Of a DNA stretch of 64,000 nucleotides, positions 60,655 to 64,000 are shown piece by piece. The notes under the pieces were generated by a model that was not told the DNA's origin, made no database searches, and saw only the letters and a program-made list of their open reading frames with translations. Position numbers and translations under genes: made by a program. The DNA comes from Octopus sinensis. Lineage: Eukaryota. Each line of letters starts with the position of its first letter. Position 1 is the stretch's first letter. Where the stretch lies: assembly GCF_006345805.1 (NCBI RefSeq), contig NC_043010.1, positions 49,848,001-49,912,000 on the forward strand, given 5' to 3'.

Positions 60655-61091
60655 TGCAAATCGATCCCAGGACTTATTCTTTGTAAGCCTAGTACTTATT
60701 CTATTGGTCTCTCTTGCCGAACCACTAAGTGACGGGGACGTAAGCACACCAGCATCGGTTGGGGGGAGAAACACACACACATAGACAGACAGTCAGTTAA
60801 TCCAGACATGAAAACACGACTCGAGGAACAAGTATAGTGTTATTGGACGCTAAGGAAAAAAAGGAGGATTTAACGTTTCGAGCGGAGCTCTTCGTCAGAA
60901 ACAGAAAAAGGGAAGACAATGAAAAATTATCGCCAACGATACATACGTGGATTCTTCTTTCAGTTTCCGTCTACTTAATCCTCTCACAAGGCTTTGATCG
61001 GCCTGAGGCTATAGTAGAAGACACTCGCCCAAGGTGCCACGCATTGGGACTGAACCCGGAACCATATGGTTGGTAAGCAAGCTACTTACCA
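60655..61091 (-). mobile_element. SINE family B with a Penelope-LTR-like insert in the linker
   Basis: Tail at 60655-60770, insert about 60790-60940, core and head 60950-61091. Confidence 0.8.
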
Positions 61092-61762
61092 CACAGCACT
61101 CCTGCGCCTGTATATAAAAAGTACATTTACAATGTATATAAAATTTGATAATAACGATGAAATATAAATTTGAATAATTTTATCGATGAATTGAGCGAAC
61201 ATCTGCTAGAAATGCAAGAAAAAGGTCTTCAGTGCTTTTCCTCATCTGTAACTAACAGAAATAATCATGGTGATATTGAAAGGTTTTTATGGTTCACTGT
61301 TCTCATCTTTTTCAAAATACGAATTTTTAAATCCAACCAGGTTCTTTCAGTTGTTTGAATATTGTTTCCAGTGTTTTGATCAGCATAATGTCTTTAGTGG
61401 TTGACAGAAGAATGATGGAAATTTAGACGATTTAGATTGGAATATGCTGGCCATTAGTCGGAATGAATAACCAAATTTTCTGCAACGTCTCTTTGAATTA
61501 TGGGTCCAAGTTTTACTGTAGAAAAGCGTTAGGTATTGAAGAAGTGTACCGCTGCAGTAGAGATTACTCAAGCTCACAGAAATATAACTAATGATTGTGG
61601 CTCATAGAATGAATATTTATCCCCGCCACGTGTGAGAGTGATAAATATCCAACCGCTTAACTCTTATAATCAGACGTAGTTATCAAAGGATCAAAAGTTA
61701 TATTAAATTCAAGGGAGGAGACTATTTATTGTGGTACTCATGATACTTTCTAGAAGAGTTGA

Positions 61763-62200
61763 ATGAAGGCGTGAATCATCGTGGTTAGGGTGTTCAGCTT
61801 GCAATCATAATATCATGGGTTCGATTCCAGGACCGGGTTACATATTGTGTCCTTCAGCAAAACATTTCATTTCAGATTGTTGCAGCTCCTTATATTTCTG
61901 GGTGTGCTGTTGGGTCAGAAGAAGGGAACTCGAGAGGATCTTTCTGTCTGTTTGTGACTACACGAAACAATTAGTGAAAGCGTGGTTCATGTCACCAGCT
62001 GTCCTCAATTGTGACTCATGGCTGGCTCTTAGAAGAGTTGGAGATGTAGATACACTAAGAAACAAACCTAGATCACAGTAAACCGCTAAAAATTTAGCTT
62101 CAACAATTGAGCCAAAGGGGGAGCCATGTGACCGCTTGACCAGTGAGAAATAGGCAAATTTCCCGCAACTGACAACAGATTGACTAGGTGTTCTGTAAAT
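61763..62200 (+). mobile_element. SINE family D
   Basis: tgaaggcg...gtggttagggtg...gggttcgattcc (A-box/B-box-like). Confidence 0.6.
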
Positions 62201-62284
62201 AATAGACATGGGGAAAAGATGAGATGGTTACAGCTGGAATGTCTTTGATCAGAGTTGACACGAGCTTAACTTTTAAAATTGTTT

Positions 62285-62465
62285 CTACCATAGGCACAAG
62301 GCCTGAAATTTTGGGAGCGGAGTAGTCGATTACATCGACCTCAATGCTCAATTGGTACTTATTTTATCGACCCCGAAAAGATGAAAGACAAAGTAGACCT
62401 CGGCAGAATTTGAACTCAGAACGTAAAGCCGGAAGAAATACCTCTAAGCATTTTGTCCTGCGTTG
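62285..62465 (-). mobile_element. SINE family A
   Basis: ggcacaaggcctgaaattttggg...ggtacttattttatcgaccccg...gaatttgaactcagaacg. Confidence 0.85.
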
Positions 62466-63749
62466 CTAAAGTAGAGAATAATGAATGAACAGGGCATGCA
62501 CCGAAACAATTTCATAATCGTAACGCACTAAAACTACAGTTACCTCCCCTGATGCTAAGAGTAATATCCCTTGTAAAAGCAACTCAGCTTCAATTAAACA
62601 ACGCAGTATAAATTCAACTTTTCACTGATGTCAACCACAATATTATTAGGTGACCCAGATGTAGCTGCTTCGGACACAAAAGAAAATTTTTTATGTTGTA
62701 GTAGATTTCCTTTACTACTAAACACGAGAGCCTTTATAAATGGCGCCGAAGAGAGTTGTTAGTGTTGAATACGATACTTTACGGTCTTCGTGCTGGCTTT
62801 CTGAGCCCTGAGCTCAAATCTAGCACAAGTCACCTTTACCTTTCTTCTTTTCTGAATCAATAAAAAATAAATCAGGTTAAGACGGTGGCTTGAGAGAATG
62901 TTAGATTGTTTTTTGAAATGCTTTAGTGTCTGTTTCTATTCTGTGCGTTGTGTGTTCATATTGTAGCGTGGTGTAGATTCGAAACTGTAATTGCTCAGTA
63001 ACGAGAGATTTCGATTCTACATCTCACTCCAATATCCTGCTTTCTATCTATCAACCCCAGAACTTTTGAAACCCGGTGATAAGCTTAGGAAGCGATGACA
63101 AGCTTGAGAAGTCTTTCAGTAAGTACCTAATTATTTAGCCGATCGCTCTCCATGCCTGCATACCAGCTAGCAAGAGAACTTGTGTATAATATCCTGCTTA
63201 CCCGGACATAAGAAAAAGAGACGGATTGTCGTGGCATCAATTATGGCTGACCTGAAATTAAACAACAACTAAGCATCTGAGAGAAAACTTAATATGGTCG
63301 CTCTACCTGCTAGAAATAGCAGCCAAATCCCACTAAAATCACTATATGGTTGCAGCAGGGATATTTAGCATCCTCTCACTCCTGTGCATCTTTCACACAC
63401 AAAGTCTTACTTTCTTTGTTAACCTTCTTGTGATTCAATTGGACCTTTTATAAATCCATTGTTTGCACTGGATACACTCTAAGGAGTGTCTACTCTACCA
63501 TTTAAAAAAATAAGGACACATTGGATGACGAATGTTTTTAAAGAAAATCCGATATTTGTTTTCCCATTGTGCATATGATATATTTGGTCATGAAATGAGT
63601 GGATCAAAGTAGAATTCTGTGGATGTCAGAATTTGGTAATGCCATTGCAAAGATTGTCTCAAAGAAAAATATATATTAGTGACAGAGGCAGTATTAATAC
63701 TGAGAGGTAATATTTATCTCCATGGCTGTTTCCTGCACCAGCTTCACAT

Positions 63750-64000
63750 AGAAGCCCCAGCCCATCCAAAGTATACTGGATCGCAGGACGGCCTGCTGTG
63801 CTTACCTTGGATCATAGGGCAACCTGCTGTGCTTGAGGAGACCTATTGAGTCAAAAACATCAACATCAAAAATCAAATAGAAATTGTAGTTGTGATACCT
63901 GAGCTGGTGGCACGTAAAAAGCACCATCTGAACGTGGCCGATGCTAGCGCCGCCTTGACTGGCTTCTGTGCCGGTGGTACGTAAAAATTACCAACCAATC
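63750..64000 (+). mobile_element. Family C-related element, truncated by the window end
   Basis: ggtggcacgtaaaaagcacc...gtggccgatgc is the reverse complement of the internal repeats of the 51177 copy. Confidence 0.6.

Noticed and set aside
60380-60655. LIILVAFNSNLAPW as a LINE endonuclease GDFN-like motif
   Set aside because: Catalytic residues are missing and it is a single weak motif.

Overview
AT-rich eukaryotic (metazoan) genomic DNA. The repeat families (tRNA-headed SINEs with CORE-like, Meta-like and RTE-tail domains) suggest an octopus/coleoid cephalopod; this is recognition, not a search result. The window is dominated by one + strand multi-exon gene, a KDM3/JMJD1C-family JmjC histone demethylase. 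I traced 20 coding exons by hand from 7355 to the stop at 55476-55478. All junctions are GT-AG and phase-consistent, giving about 2,465 codons in the window; the 5' end lies upstream or in exons I could not resolve. The protein has long low-complexity regions, an RE-repeat, the C6 zinc finger, an LxxLL motif and an intact H-x-D...H JmjC site. Introns and flanks are filled with SINEs, MITEs (hAT- and piggyBac-type), non-autonomous Helitron/Helentron elements, LINE remnants and microsatellites. There is no CRISPR array, rRNA, true tRNA or prokaryotic system. Best leads: (1) two SINE copies carrying the same Penelope-like hammerhead-ribozyme motif in their central microsatellite linker; (2) a 79-bp templated inverted duplication inside one intron; (3) candidate internal promoters/first exons in the 26-kb intron; (4) a stop-free, in-frame GC-AG intron at 7217-7354.
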